Below are positions 1 to 11,618 of a stretch of DNA of 58,764 nucleotides, one piece after another; position 1 is the stretch's first letter; each line of letters opens with the position of its first letter. The notes beneath the pieces are model-generated. The model was not told where the DNA came from, ran no database searches, and saw only the letters and a list, made by a program, of their open reading frames with translations. A program made the position numbers and the translations under genes. This DNA comes from Nemertoderma westbladi (taxonomy: Eukaryota > Animalia > Xenacoelomorpha). Location: NCBI GenBank assembly GCA_032718475.1, contig JAUCBJ010004805.1:1-58764 (forward strand), in the 5' to 3' direction.

Positions 1-675
1 CAATACCGTATACTGCTATTTGTTGTCGGTTATTCATTATATTTGTTGATGAATTATTATATTGGAATAACGAGAAATAACCCCGACACCCAATATTCTT
101 GATATACCGAAGGTAAGAGAGAAAGGTTACCAATAACGATTGTGACTTATGTTAAAGTGGTTTGAAGTGAATCCAATGTTATTTGATAGACCCTACATGA
201 GTCAGTCTGTGTTCCTTTTATATGTGACTAAAATCAGTGAAGATTGGCAGATTAGTGTGCAGTATTGTGCAGCATTGTGTGCGAGTGAGTCTGTTAAAGA
301 AGCATTTCCTAAAGAATGCGCCATATATGTTAATTATAATTAAGCCATATCGTTGTGAGTAGTTTAAGTCATAACTCTGTTTATATAGATAAAGCGCCAC
401 GTCCTAAAGGAACTGTTAATATTCCCGAAGGTAAATAATATTGTCAGAGATTATATAATACTGTCAGTCGAATAATACATTAAGCTTACATAGCAATAAA
501 ATTAAACCGTCGAACCCAATCTCCCGGGAATATCCAGCGGGTGAATGGTCGCGCACGGATTGGTTTCGACTAGTGTAGTGAATCAAATACTTGTCATAGG
601 CTAAAAAGCGATTTAATATCTAGAAGACATCTTAATTTGGCGGGTTAAACTGCCAAAGGTCTGAAAGCGCGAACA
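1..675 (+). mobile_element. 3' part of an LTR related to, but diverged from, the BEL/Pao LTR at 22957-24121 (cut by the window edge)
   Basis: Colinear similarity to ~23465-24121 throughout; both end in ...ggtctgaaagcgcgaaca and differ afterwards. Confidence 0.85.
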
Positions 676-749
676 CCAACAGATATAACCCAAGTGAATA
701 CTATAATATTCATCACTACGTCAAAATGAAACCTACAATATCAACAAAA

Positions 750-960
750 TTCATACAAATGCGAGAAGCTTATAGTAAATAAGGTCGATGACTTAAAAAC
801 TTCAGATAGTGGCGCAAACAATCTCATTATTTCAGTTACAAAAACATGGCTAAAACGTTATCATTGCATTGTAATATTATAGTAATTATACCGGGCTATA
901 AAATATTTAGAAGGGATCGCAAATATAAAAAAAGGTGGAGGAGGGGTACTAATTTACTAT
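750..960 (+). pseudogene. Decayed AP-endonuclease fragment of a non-LTR retrotransposon (CR1/L2/Jockey type)
   Basis: Fragmentary translation IISVTKTWLK...IPGYKIFRRDRKYKK/GGGGVLI matches the APE motifs (TETWL, GY..R.DR, GGGV). Confidence 0.6.
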
Positions 961-1305
961 CCAGTACTACCACCAATCAAATGGTAGGCTGAACTTATTT
1001 GAAAATGAAATAGAAGTCATTCTTGATAAGCACACCCCGTTAAAAAATAAACTCCTTAAACAAACGTACTCCAATAAAACCACCCCAGATTGGGAAACAC
1101 CGACCCTGACAAGCTTTACACAGGATAAATTTACAAAACTTTATACATGGTTGTGTTCTAAAACGACTAACAATTTTACCGAATTTAAATTGGCAAGGAT
1201 TAAGTATAATAATATGAATAAACATTTAAAAAATGAGTACATAAAAAATAAATAAATTATTAACAAAACTGACACAAAAGGTCGCTCGCTGGCTGAATTA
1301 CAATT

Positions 1306-1397
1306 ATACAATACAAAGTAATACTCAAATACAAAAGTAATAGAAAAATACAAATACAGTAATACAAAAGTAATAGAAAAATACATATACAGTAATA
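1306..1397. repeat. ~33-bp AT-rich minisatellite, split by the MITE and resuming at 2302-2345
   Basis: Repeated aatacaaaagtaatagaaaaatacaaatacagt units on both sides of the MITE. Confidence 0.65.
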
Positions 1398-2301
1398 CAC
1401 GTCCCGTAATATAGTGTCATTTTGTGATGAAACGGACCCCCCCCCCAAGAAATCTTTATCATAATGCTTGAAATTTGAAACACAACTAGTTCCACTCACC
1501 GTCGATGACCCCATGAAGCCGGAATTTTCGATTTAAATTTTTTTAATAAGCATTTTAAAAAAGTGTCTTGCGAAATCGCACCCTCCGTATCGTGGCCATT
1601 CTTCACATTAGTCGTAATTTTTTGATATCATTAAAAAGCTTGCCTTGCAAGGATTCGAAATATGTAACAATATCGTAATTTCGTTGAGAAACAACTGAGA
1701 TACAGGCGTTCAAAGATTGCAAGAAGTATTGTTCGCTACAGGCCATTTATTCTATTTAATAAATACACGATGTTCTGGAACATTTTGCTTATGTATGAAT
1801 AGCTACGCAATAGATATATTGGATAGGAATACCCCTGTTGCCAACCAACTCATAAATAACACAATAAATATATATAAACAAAATAAATAACACATTCTAG
1901 AATTTTGTGTATTTATTAGATATAATAAATGGCCTACAGCGAACGATAATTCTTGCAATCTTTGAACGACTGTATCTCAGCTGTTTCTCCACGAAATTCA
2001 GATATTGTTACATATTTAGAATCCTTGCACAGTAAGCTGTTTAATAATATGAAAAAAATTACGACTAGTGTGGAGATACGGAGGGTGCGATTTCGCAAAA
2101 GACACTTTTTTAAAACGCTTATAAAAAAAACTTAAAGGCAAAATCGAAAATTCCGGCTTCATGGTAACAACCACAGTGAGTTGAAGTAGTTGTGTTTCAA
2201 ATTTCAAGCAATATGATAAAGATTTGTAGAAAATCTGGGGGGGGGGGGGGGGGGGGGGGTCCGTGTCATCATAAAATGACACTATATTACGGGACATGGT
2301 G
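1398..2301. mobile_element. Foldback MITE with ~400-bp inverted arms and TA target duplication
   Basis: Left cac-gtcccgtaatatagtgtc versus right gacactatattacgggacatggtg; arms complementary over most of the element; TA on both sides; related copies at 3086 and 44871. Confidence 0.9.
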
Positions 2302-2603
2302 TACAAAAATACCATACAAATACAGTAATACAAAAGTAATACATTGTTGTTAACCAAATTAATACAATTTTCACCAAGTTATAATATTGTAGAACAAATT
2401 AATTTTAAGATACCGGTATCCAGTTTCTTTTTGATCTTTTTTATATATACTTTCGTCTTAATATTAATTTACTATTATTACAATATTATTAGCACGAGAA
2501 AATTTAATAAACTTTCTACATTTCGTATAGCATTCAGAGTAAAATCGTCTAGAATAATATTATTTACCCAGTAAAATGACAGACTGATTGGCATTTACTG
2601 AGT

Positions 2604-2992
2604 TTATTTGGTGGTTAAAATCAAAGCGACAATCAATCCATAAAGTCCCAAAACTTCGGCGAAAATCAGAATGAGAACCATTCCTATAAACAGACGAGGC
2701 TGTTGGGCGGTGCCCCTAACGCCCGCGTCGCCCACTATGCCTACAGCGTGGCCGGCTGCCAACCCGCTGAGACCGACGCTGAGCCCAGCACCAAGGTGCA
2801 GGAACGATTTGTACAGACTGATACTCTCCGTCACGCTGTTGGCTATCAGCGCCGCCACTACCAGCCCATAGATTGCTATGATGCCGGCCATGACTACCGG
2901 GATTACAGACTTCATAATCAGTTCGGGTCGCATTACTGACATCGCGGCAATGCCAGTGGCGCTCTTAGCGGTGCCATAGGCGGCCCCCAGAG
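2604..2992 (-). CDS. ATP6V0C: V-type ATPase 16-kDa proteolipid subunit c, exon 2
   Basis: [11 protein letters not shown]...[27 protein letters not shown]...[37 protein letters not shown]; tttacag acceptor ends at 2993; TAA stop. Confidence 0.97.
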
Positions 2993-3085
2993 CTGTAAAG
3001 GTAAATAAAGAGTATGTTAAAGATATAATGAGTGTATATAAAACATAAGTTAAATTATTAGAAAAATAACATGTATATACAGATA

Positions 3086-3917
3086 CACCATGTCCTGGAA
3101 TATAGTGTCGTAATTCAGTGACATGGACATTGGATCCCCTCCCCACCAAATTTTTTTTTACAAATCTTAACGAGATTTCATGAAATTTGAAACAGAAATA
3201 GTTCCACCTCCCTCCTCCTTAGTGGGTGTGTCAGAATTTTTATTTTTGCTTTCATTCTTTAGCTACAAGCGTTTGAAAAAAAATGTGTCTCCGGTGATAT
3301 TGCACCAGTTACAGCACAGCATATTCTTCAACCTCATAGTGATTTGTTGGTACTAGTGGAAAGCTGGCCATGGAAGCATACCAAATATGTAAAAATAATT
3401 GAATTTAGTTGGGAAATACTGTAGCTGAGATATGAGCGCTCGAAAGTTGGATGTATTTACTTCCACTGCATGCCATTTATTCTATATAATAAATACACCA
3501 TGTTCTAGAACATTTTGATTATGTATGAATGAATATCCAGTACTTAGTATTATTATATTGATAAGCTTCTTATGATATAAACAATATGTTCCAGAATATT
3601 GTGTATTTATTAAATAGAATAAATGGCCTGCAGCAAAAGCAAATACATGCAACATACGAATACCCATAACTCCACTATTTCCCGACCAAATTCAAATATT
3701 TTTACACATTTAGAATCCTTGCACGGCCATCTTTCCATTGCTACCAACAAATCAATATACTGATATAAGGTTAAAGAATAACTGCAGTACGACTGGAGCA
3801 ATATCGCCGGAGACACTTTTTTCAAACGCTTGTAGCTAAAGAATAAAAACAAAAATAAAAATTCTGGCTCACTCCACTCAGTAAGGAGGAGGAGTGAGGT
3901 TAAACAATTTCCGTTTT
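3086..3917. mobile_element. Diverged member of the same foldback MITE family inside the ATP6V0C intron (right end truncated)
   Basis: Begins ta-caccatgtcctggaatatagtgtc; ~3200-3510 is the inverted complement of ~3590-3895. Confidence 0.8.
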
Positions 3918-3969
3918 AATAGGCCTAGCATATCCATATAGGTACCGTATGTGATAATTTTGAACTCAC

Positions 3970-4045
3970 CACTGAAAGCCATTGCTGCAGAAGCACCAAT
4001 AACACTAAAGAAAGGAGAATAAATAGGAGCTTCGGTAGCAGCCAT
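3970..4045 (-). CDS. ATP6V0C: V-type ATPase proteolipid subunit c, exon 1
   Basis: ATG at 4045 reads MAATEAPIYSPFFSVIGASAAMAFS plus one G, then a GTGAG donor; phase-1 join with exon 2 gives a 154-aa protein. Confidence 0.95.
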
Positions 4046-4409
4046 AATTATAATTATCAGATAATGGTTTTAAATATTCAGATATATATCGTTACGGTAA
4101 TAACTATTACCAGTAACATACCGGTACTTGTGTGTAAAGTAGCACTTTATATCCGAGTGCTTTTTTACACAAACGAACGTTAGTGAGTGAGTGAAAATAA
4201 AGCCACCGAGGATCAGAACTAGTAAACGACCGGTTAACCGGGCCGGGTTTGGGTGACCCAGACCCGGGCCGGGTTCAAACCCGGACCGGGTTTGGGTGAC
4301 CCAGACCCGGCAAAAAAGACGCCGGGTACCGGGTTTTATCAAAATTAAGCAATTTGCGTGAATGAGAATGACAAGCCTGTTTGACATACCTATATACGTA
4401 GGTACCAGT

Positions 4410-5233
4410 TAGGGCTCGATCGGAGTTGGGATTTGGCCGGAGCCGGAGCCGGAGTTGGACAATTTGGCCGGAGCCGGAGCAGGAGCCGGAGTTTTTCAAA
4501 AATTTTAAAAATGTAATTATTTATTAAAAAATAAATAAAGTACCGGTATGGTTATCGTTCGCCAATCGCTCATAATCAATCATACTGTAGGTCTTATTAA
4601 TTTCATAATTTATAGATTTTCAATTTAAAATTTAAGTAATTAATTTATCACAGACAGACGGCCTGATGCTGACGGCTAAAAATTACCTACAGTACCTAAG
4701 TCTAATTGTGGTAGAGGTGTGTACTGTAGCTCTAGGTAGGTAGTCTTACCGTACGTGTACCAGTACTGCAGTACAGTATGCTGGCATGACAGCAGTAAAT
4801 GACTGCAGTCTGGCAGTGGTACAGTGTACAATCATCAGATCATAGCATTTACAATTTTTTACAGTAGGGCCTATCCAGCTCTGTCTGTCTGTAATAGTCT
4901 GCTAGTCAGCCAGCTGGCCAGTCACCAGTACCAGTACTCCAGTCTGCCAGTACTGCAGTACAGTCAACAGTCAGTCAATCATTGACTTTAAGTAAATAAA
5001 ATACTGCAGTATTATGCTTGATATTGAAGCTGTAGGCCTACTACAGTCTGACAGTACTTCTGTACTTATAGAGTGTATAGTGTAAATAATTGTTCAGATT
5101 AGAATATGCCCGAAATATAATACTTTATTAAAAAATTAACTCCGGCAATATTTTTACCGGAGCCGGAGCAGGAGCCGGAGGTGCCAAAATAGCCGGAGCC
5201 GGAGCCGGAGGCCGGAGCTCCGATCGAGCCCTA
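4410..5233. mobile_element. hAT-like MITE nested in the 4220-6640 element
   Basis: TIR tagggctcgatcggag...ctccgatcgagcccta; (gccgga)n subterminal repeats; flanks gtaccagt / gactaccagt. Confidence 0.8.
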
Positions 5234-5453
5234 GACTACCAGTACACAAAGTTGCCTAAAGCAAAAGCAGTAGGTGGGTGTAGGTAGTCAGGCTGTCAGG
5301 TAGTAGTAGCATATTCTTACATTTTATATAATTTTCGATTTCTTTTTCATTGTTTTTTCTTTTGATTTATAGGCCTAATTTTTTTTCGATTTTTTTTATT
5401 TGTATCATTTTGATATCACAAGTGTAGACCCGGACCCTGCCTTTTTGAGACAT

Positions 5454-6590
5454 CAGTAAGGGAAAATACCCCGAATCGGGGTACAGCTCTATACACCGAA
5501 TCGGTGTCATAGTGGAAAATAGTGACACCGATTCGAGATTTTCAGTAGAAAGCTATACCCCGAATCGGTGCTCTACTAGAAAATCTTCAGGCAGCGGAAA
5601 AATTAGGTATACCCCGAATCGGGGTATAGGATTTATTTACGCCCCTCCAGAAAAATGATGTTTCACTCACGCCAGACTGGAATTCATAGTGCGAAAATTA
5701 CATTTTGTGCAGTACAATACTGTTTCATACAGTCATAATATAAATGTAGTAACTATATTGATAGATAGGGCCTACTACTGAAGTACGGGAGGTACTTTCA
5801 GACCGTATATTACTATATTGTACATTTACATTATTATTATTGCAGTGTTATTTGTCTATCAACTGATTTATAAATATGGATATGATAGGGGGGGGGATCT
5901 GGACGCAATAAAAATTAATCCCTCTCCAAGGTAAATTCGACGCAAATAACCGCGGACTACTCTCAAAAATAAGACTGTTGTAACCTATTCTATTGTGCTT
6001 AGTTTATTGTTTTGGTTAAAATAACGTGCCACTGTAACCAGCTCCTTTCCCTAAATTGATAATTTAACATTGAGGCGGGATATTAATTCGCCAAGTCGGG
6101 TTTTGCATGAATTAGATCACGAAAATCCATTAAAAAATATAAAAAAAGACTAGAAAATATACACCGAATCGGTGTCAGAGTGGAAAAAAAGAGCCGATTC
6201 GGTGTATTTTCGAGAAAATTGAATTCCTGAATCGGTGTACTAGAAAATACTGACCCCGAATCGGTGCTTCTGCAGGCTGTATGAATATATCACAAGCCCC
6301 CATTCGGGGTACAGGGAGTCCTGGATACCCTGATTCGGGGTACAATTTACATTAGATTTTCCGGTACAATATCGAAGCCGGAAGATTTCATTATTACTCC
6401 AAAGTTTTCTTATTTGTACTACACACCAATGTGTATTCGAATATGTTAAAACGAAATTGCGGAATTAAAATCTTCATATGCGGAAATGAAGGAGAAAAAA
6501 TGTCTATGGGAGAACCCCGAATCGGGGTATCACAAAACCCCGAATGGGGGTTTGCTTCTATACCCCGATTCGGGGTATTTTCCCTTACTG
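5454..6590. mobile_element. TIR element with 5-bp TSD nested in the 4220-6640 element
   Basis: TIR cagtaagggaaaataccccgaatcggggta...taccccgattcggggtattttcccttactg; TSD gacat; many ccgaatcgg subterminal motifs. Confidence 0.85.
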
Positions 6591-7319
6591 GACATACCCG
6601 GACCCGGACCCGGCAAAATGTTCGACCCGGTCGTTTACTAATCAGCTAATCAGAACACTGTTGTAAAGTACTTTGTAACAAGTACAGTACCGGTATGTAT
6701 GTAGTTTTATTCCAAAATTTTAACATTACGAAATGATTGTACATATATTATAAGTGACAGAAACTGCACAAATTAAATTACCGGTGGTTGCTGTATAAAT
6801 ACATGTAAAAATGACATAAATTATGTTATAAATAAGTTAGCTTATATTTGGTGGCGTTTGGATCCATGTTAATCTGTTAATAGTTTATATTTATAGCTAC
6901 TGGTTGGTTACCGGTATTAATAGCCTACTGTAATGTCCGCTAATGGGACATTACCGGTACCGGTACTTAACTAATAACACCAATACAATACATCAATACT
7001 AAATGTACAGGGCTGCAGCGCAGTTAATTAATATCAGAATATATACTAACGACAGAACGATGTTGAGTAATGTTACAATTTTGGAATAAAGTAGGCCTAT
7101 ATTTACAAAATCGTTTAGGCCTATAAAAAAGTTTATACAGTACCGGTATACCATACAGCCATATGCAGATATGCCATAAAACGTTCTTCTAGATTATAAT
7201 AATGTGAAACTGTCAAACTACAATACATGACAAGTCCCTAAAAGGTGCCACCCTGCTCCATAGCGCGGGAAATTCAAATGATTGAAAGACATGTAATTTG
7301 TACTGGAAAGGGTGGCAGA

Positions 7320-7378
7320 CAAGGTGTACTAAATTTATTATTACTAAAATTATGTACTAAGTTATTTAGTACACCTTG
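7320..7378. mobile_element. 59-bp minimal TIR element (P/hAT-type 8-bp TSD) inside the left MULE TIR
   Basis: TIR caaggtgtactaaat/atttagtacaccttg; TSD gtggcaga at 7312-7319 and 7379-7386; absent from the right-hand TIR. Confidence 0.85.
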
Positions 7379-7540
7379 GTGGCAGATCAGATCTGCCACC
7401 TATATTTTGGCGGTAAATTCAAATCTGTTTTAACATTGAATATATGAATAGAGTATGACTAATGCAATTCATTGAATCAGAATAAATGATTTCTTATCGG
7501 TTTAACTCACTCATCCGTTATTGTTGTTGTTTTATCTATT

Positions 7541-7752
7541 CTGGGACTTCCAGCAGCACGTGAATAAATAAACCAACACGTTAACTAGTCTGGGGGTTCG
7601 AGCAGCACGTGACCAACTAAGCTGACTGGTTAACTAGTCTGGGGCATAGAGCAGCACGTGAACAACTAAGCTGACTGGTTAACTAGTCTGAGACTTCGAG
7701 CAGCACGTGAACAACTAAGCTGACTGGTTAACTAAACTTGGGCTTCGAGCAG
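7541..7752. repeat. 49-bp tandem repeat, about 4 copies
   Basis: agcagcacgtga... recurs at 7552, 7601, 7650 and 7699. Confidence 0.9.
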
Positions 7753-8196
7753 TACGAGACCATTTGAATTTGAATTGAAATATTTTTGGCGGTTAATGCT
7801 AATTACAGAATTATAATATATTAATTACCATTACAAACTGTACACAGTGTGCTGCAGTATGTACATGGGTACGTACTAAAAGGTCAAGGAGCTAGAGCAG
7901 TAGACTTCATACTGTAAACATCTTACTGTAGTGTAGTAGCTACTGCTACTGCATGTGCAGTAGGCCTACAGACATATTATCTTATTTAGGTCTACTAAGA
8001 AATATTGCCTAGTGTAATTCATAAGAAATATATACAGCTGTACAGCAGGGAATTGATAGTAAAATATATCGCAGGTAGGCGGCCTACGGTAATAACAATA
8101 GCAATAGGTGTATAATGCCTCTGCCTATACTGCTATATTTGTCTATGACATATAATATGATAAAATATTATTATGAATGAACCTTATTATTCTTAG

Positions 8197-8378
8197 TAAC
8201 TCGTGACAAAATACAATGCGCTACTAACTCAGAAACTGTAATCCTAAATGCGGAACTTAAACCGAAACAGGGAATAGTACCGGTACAATGTGGACTTTGT
8301 AGTGACACATTTGGCAGTCAGTGCGATATAATTTCTCATGTACAAGCAAATCACGGTATTGCATGTTCAGTACAAACG
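8197..8378 (+). pseudogene. Exon-like segment encoding a C2H2 zinc finger inside the MULE-like element
   Basis: ttcttag acceptor, open frame ...QCGLCSDTFGSQCDIISHVQANHG... (Cx2Cx12Hx4H), gtaatt donor. Confidence 0.6.
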
Positions 8379-8933
8379 GTAATTCGGTTATTCAACAATT
8401 AACAAACGGTTATTCAACGTCCATTTTTAGTTATTAGCATGACGGTAATACAAATTACGCAAAGTGAACCTTTGCTACATTCACAATTTTCTATTCATTC
8501 ACTAACTATAACGAAAATTGAACGTACATTTAATCCATGGTACGTTCAGTTAACTATATTTGCTACCTGGGTTACTCTATTCATATATTCAATGTTAAAA
8601 CAGATTTGAATTTACCGCCAAAATATAGGTGGCAGATCTGATCTGCCACCCTTTCCAGTACAAATTGCATGTCTTTCAATCATTTGAATTTCCCGCGCTA
8701 TGGAGCAGGGTGGCACCTTTTAGGGACTTGTCAATACATGTGCAATAGATTTGTAAATATTAGACTATTATATTCAATAATGAGATAATGAATACAGTAA
8801 ATACTGAAATATAGATTAATATAGATAAATATTTATTAATATAGGCCTAATAAATATTACAGCTCCTTTCTGCATTTCAATTACTGGCAGACTGGTTGAT
8901 ACCGGTATGGCCTACTATATATTCAACTTCCAA

Positions 8934-9214
8934 GGTTCCACTTTGGTGTAGTGGTTGCATTGAATTCACATCTCCTGTAGGTCGTGGGTTCGATCCTCAC
9001 ATGGGCCAGGGCAGTTTTCGTTTCGGCACGAATGCTTTAAAGGGACCAGCCCGGGCGCATCTCTGCCTTGCATCCTTAAGTGGTAGCTAAATGAGTACTG
9101 GAGTTTCCTCTGGGGAGTAAAGTTCTGGGGGGACCGCACTGGAAATAACTTGTCAGATTTTGTGCGTAACCTTGTCTAGCCAGCTAGCGGCCGAAGAAAA
9201 TTTACTTTACTTTT
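8934..9214 (+). mobile_element. tRNA-derived SINE with a Deu/Nin-like central domain
   Basis: A box tggtgtagtgg; B box ggttcgatcc; core ctctgccttgcatcc...aaatgagtactgg; (tttac)n tail. Confidence 0.7.
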
Positions 9215-9299
9215 ACCGGTCTGCCGGTACTTTTTTTAACTCCTGAACTTCTTTTAACCCGAACCGAAACCCGGAAACGCAACAAATAGGCCTAGCTGG

Positions 9300-9625
9300 A
9301 ACGGATCCGGGAAGTCGAGCACGCCACGTTCACCTCACCCCGCTGATATTCTCAGCATTGGGGGGAATCTCTCCCTCCACGACGCTGTTCGTGAAGCACC
9401 TCGCTTCAAAGCTACTCGGAGTGCGTGAGCTGGGTGCGGAGGCAGTACAGCTTCGCGCTGCTGCGGGCCTCCCTGATGTGTATAAGTGGGTTGAGATCGG
9501 CACGGAAACGTCCACTTTTTGTTGGGGCGGAAGCATCGCCGTCCATCTTGCTGGCCAACGCCTGAACGCCGACACAAGGGTGGGACAGTAGAGTCAGGAA
9601 CTCAAATCATAATAACAATAACAAT
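9300..9625 (+). pseudogene. 3' fragment of a CRE-like non-LTR element (C-terminus of the restriction-like endonuclease)
   Basis: HLTPLIFSALGGISPSTTLFVKHLASKL resembles FTPLVGTTDG...IRHLAETL of the 35-kb CRE; GC-rich; aataac-type tail. Confidence 0.55.
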
Positions 9626-10173
9626 ATCAAAATCAGTTTAATTAGGCCTATTTTATATTATCTAATTTATTTGTATGGTTTAAATTTCCCGCCATTCGCT
9701 TATTTGTTAATATAAACCGCGTTCGGTGGTCCAAAACTAAAGGCCTACTACTGTACTACAGTACTATATATAGTAGGCCATGATACCGGTACCTATTTAT
9801 GTCTGTTTCAGTGTTTAGGTTAGGCCAATTTCATTACCAGTAAACACACACAGAGGCTTAGAGGAGGGTTAGAACATCCTAATTTCAAGCAGTCAAGTCT
9901 CTGACAGTCTGACTCTCTGATTGGAGGATTAAAATACTTTAACATGCAACGCCAACCAATAAGAAAGCGCTTGAATTATAATGTTATATAATTTTGAAGT
10001 ATAATTATTGAAATCTTATACTAGAAAATAATTAATATCCTTTAAGAGGTAGGTTGAAATTGCTGATTTTACCCTAATCAACTTAATTAACTAATTAACT
10101 GCTATTATCTTAGCTTCTCGAAGGCCACACGGAAATTAAACTTGGAAAATTTCTAAACTTTGGCCAGACTACA

Positions 10174-11192
10174 TGTAAAGGCTTTTGCGGAATTAGCCGG
10201 TTATTTTCCCCGTAAAGTACTCTGTAGTTGGTTTAACAGGCATAAAAGGCCGTGTCCTTACTGTACTGGTGTTTTAGAGGACATAAAAGCCATTTCTTCT
10301 GTATGTGTACTTTAGCGGACATAATTCGCAATTCTATGACGCAATACGCCAAATCCTCTGTAAACAGTGTACTACTACTACTACTACTAGGATCGGCATG
10401 CTGCATTGCAGCTGCATTTTTAAGAATGCTGTGCCGGCTTGTCAACAAAATTGCACCGCCACAACTCCCTATCACCCATGACATTTGCTAGATCATCCGC
10501 ATCTTTAAGGCCAGTGTCCTTTAAGATGCGTCTCAAGAAAGTCATGGGCTGTCCACCATGCTTATTCACTCCATGAGGCTGCCAAAGTACAAGATTATGC
10601 ACTGGCTGGTCCTCACGGCGAAAGCAATGTCCTGCAAAGCGGAGGCGATTTTGTTCTAGTGTCAAGCTTGGGGGAACCAATGAGACACCTCCAATGTTAT
10701 ATAGTGTCTGGTTGGAGATGTGTGCATTGTACTTGACACAATGTACCCGGCGTAGCATTCTTGTGAATGTGCCATCCAGAGATTTGGTGTCCTCAGCAGT
10801 TAGAGCCCAGCATGGACTCCCGTAGAGGAGTACTGGAACTACTGCTGCTCTGAATAATCGGACCTTAAGTTTCCGATTAATTCTAGGTGACTTCCAAATC
10901 CTGGAAAGCCTATTCAAGGCTGCCCATGCCTTTCCCTTACGTATTCGAAGGTCCTCACCTGACTTCCGGATCCATGATCCCAGGTAACAGAAGTCGTCCA
11001 CATGCTCAAGCATACCATCCTTTGAGCTTATGCTCATCCGATCAGAGACTTGCTGAGGACTTTCAAAGTTAACTGTCAGAATTTTTGTCTTTCTGGAGTT
11101 AATAAAAAGACCAACACTAGAAGCAAGTAAACAGTGTAGCTACCATGACGACGGCTAACAGCTGATGCTGTACACGTGTAGCTTTTCTTTGT
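10174..11192 (+). repeat. 5' LTR remnant (~250 bp of LTR, interrupted by an RTE and then deleted)
   Basis: 10174-10371 plus 11139-11192 is nearly identical to the start of the 3' LTR; the match stops at ...tttctttgt. Confidence 0.9.
10372..11126 (-). mobile_element. 5'-truncated RTE-clade LINE inserted in the 5' LTR
   Basis: FCYLGS, RIRKGKAWAAL, VLLYGS, RLRFAGHCFRR; (TAG)n tail; 12-bp TSD gtaaacagtgta at 10360-10371 and 11127-11138. Confidence 0.95.
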
Positions 11193-11193
11193 C

Positions 11194-11618
11194 ATTGACA
11201 TCTATCTGTCAGACTATCAACGTTTTTTAGGTGATGAAGAGTTGAGGAGAAGGCTAGATGGACTTAGCCCTAATAGTGAAGGAACCCAGCGTGTGTTGGA
11301 CGCCATCGATGTGGATATGAGAGCTGCGAACCAAGCTAGATTTGATGAACGCCTCCGCATCACTAGAGTTCAAGAAGAACAAGTGAAGAAAAAACGTATA
11401 GAAGACAGAAAGGCAGCGGCAGTGGCAGCAGCAGTGGCAGCTGCAGAAGCAGAAAGAAAAGCGGCAGAGGCAGAGGCGGAAAGAAAGGCGGCAGCGGCAG
11501 AGGCAGAGGCGGAAAGAAAGGCGGCAGTGGCAGCGGCCGAGGCGGAAAGAAAAGCGGCAGCGGCAGAAGCGGAAAGAAAGGCGGCAGTGGCAGCGGCCGA
11601 AGCGGAAAGAAAAGCGGC
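11194..11618 (+). pseudogene. BEL/Pao gag N-terminal part with Ala/Glu/Arg/Lys coiled-coil repeats
   Basis: Frame is open from the deletion junction; AAEAERKAA repeats join in frame to VAEAERRAAEE at 12930 once 11619-12928 is removed. Confidence 0.7.

Larger units (their letters stand above)
4220..6640. mobile_element. hAT-like non-autonomous element (outer element of a nest)
   Basis: TIR tagtaaacgaccgg...ccggtcgtttacta; subterminal acccgg repeats; atcagaac on the left and atcagcta-atcagaac on the right (imperfect 8-bp TSD). Confidence 0.75.
7230..8731. mobile_element. Mutator (MULE)-like non-autonomous element
   Basis: Long TIRs (acaagtccctaaaaggtgccacc... / ...ggtggcaccttttagggacttgt); 9-bp TSD caatacatg at 7221-7229 and 8732-8740. 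Confidence 0.8.

Noticed and set aside
2993-3149. N-terminal extension of the 181-aa ORF
   Set aside because: It is intron/MITE sequence; the true N-terminus is exon 1 at 3970-4045
7541-7752. CRISPR-like periodic repeat
   Set aside because: Units are contiguous and near-identical with no unique spacers, no cas genes, and a eukaryotic context
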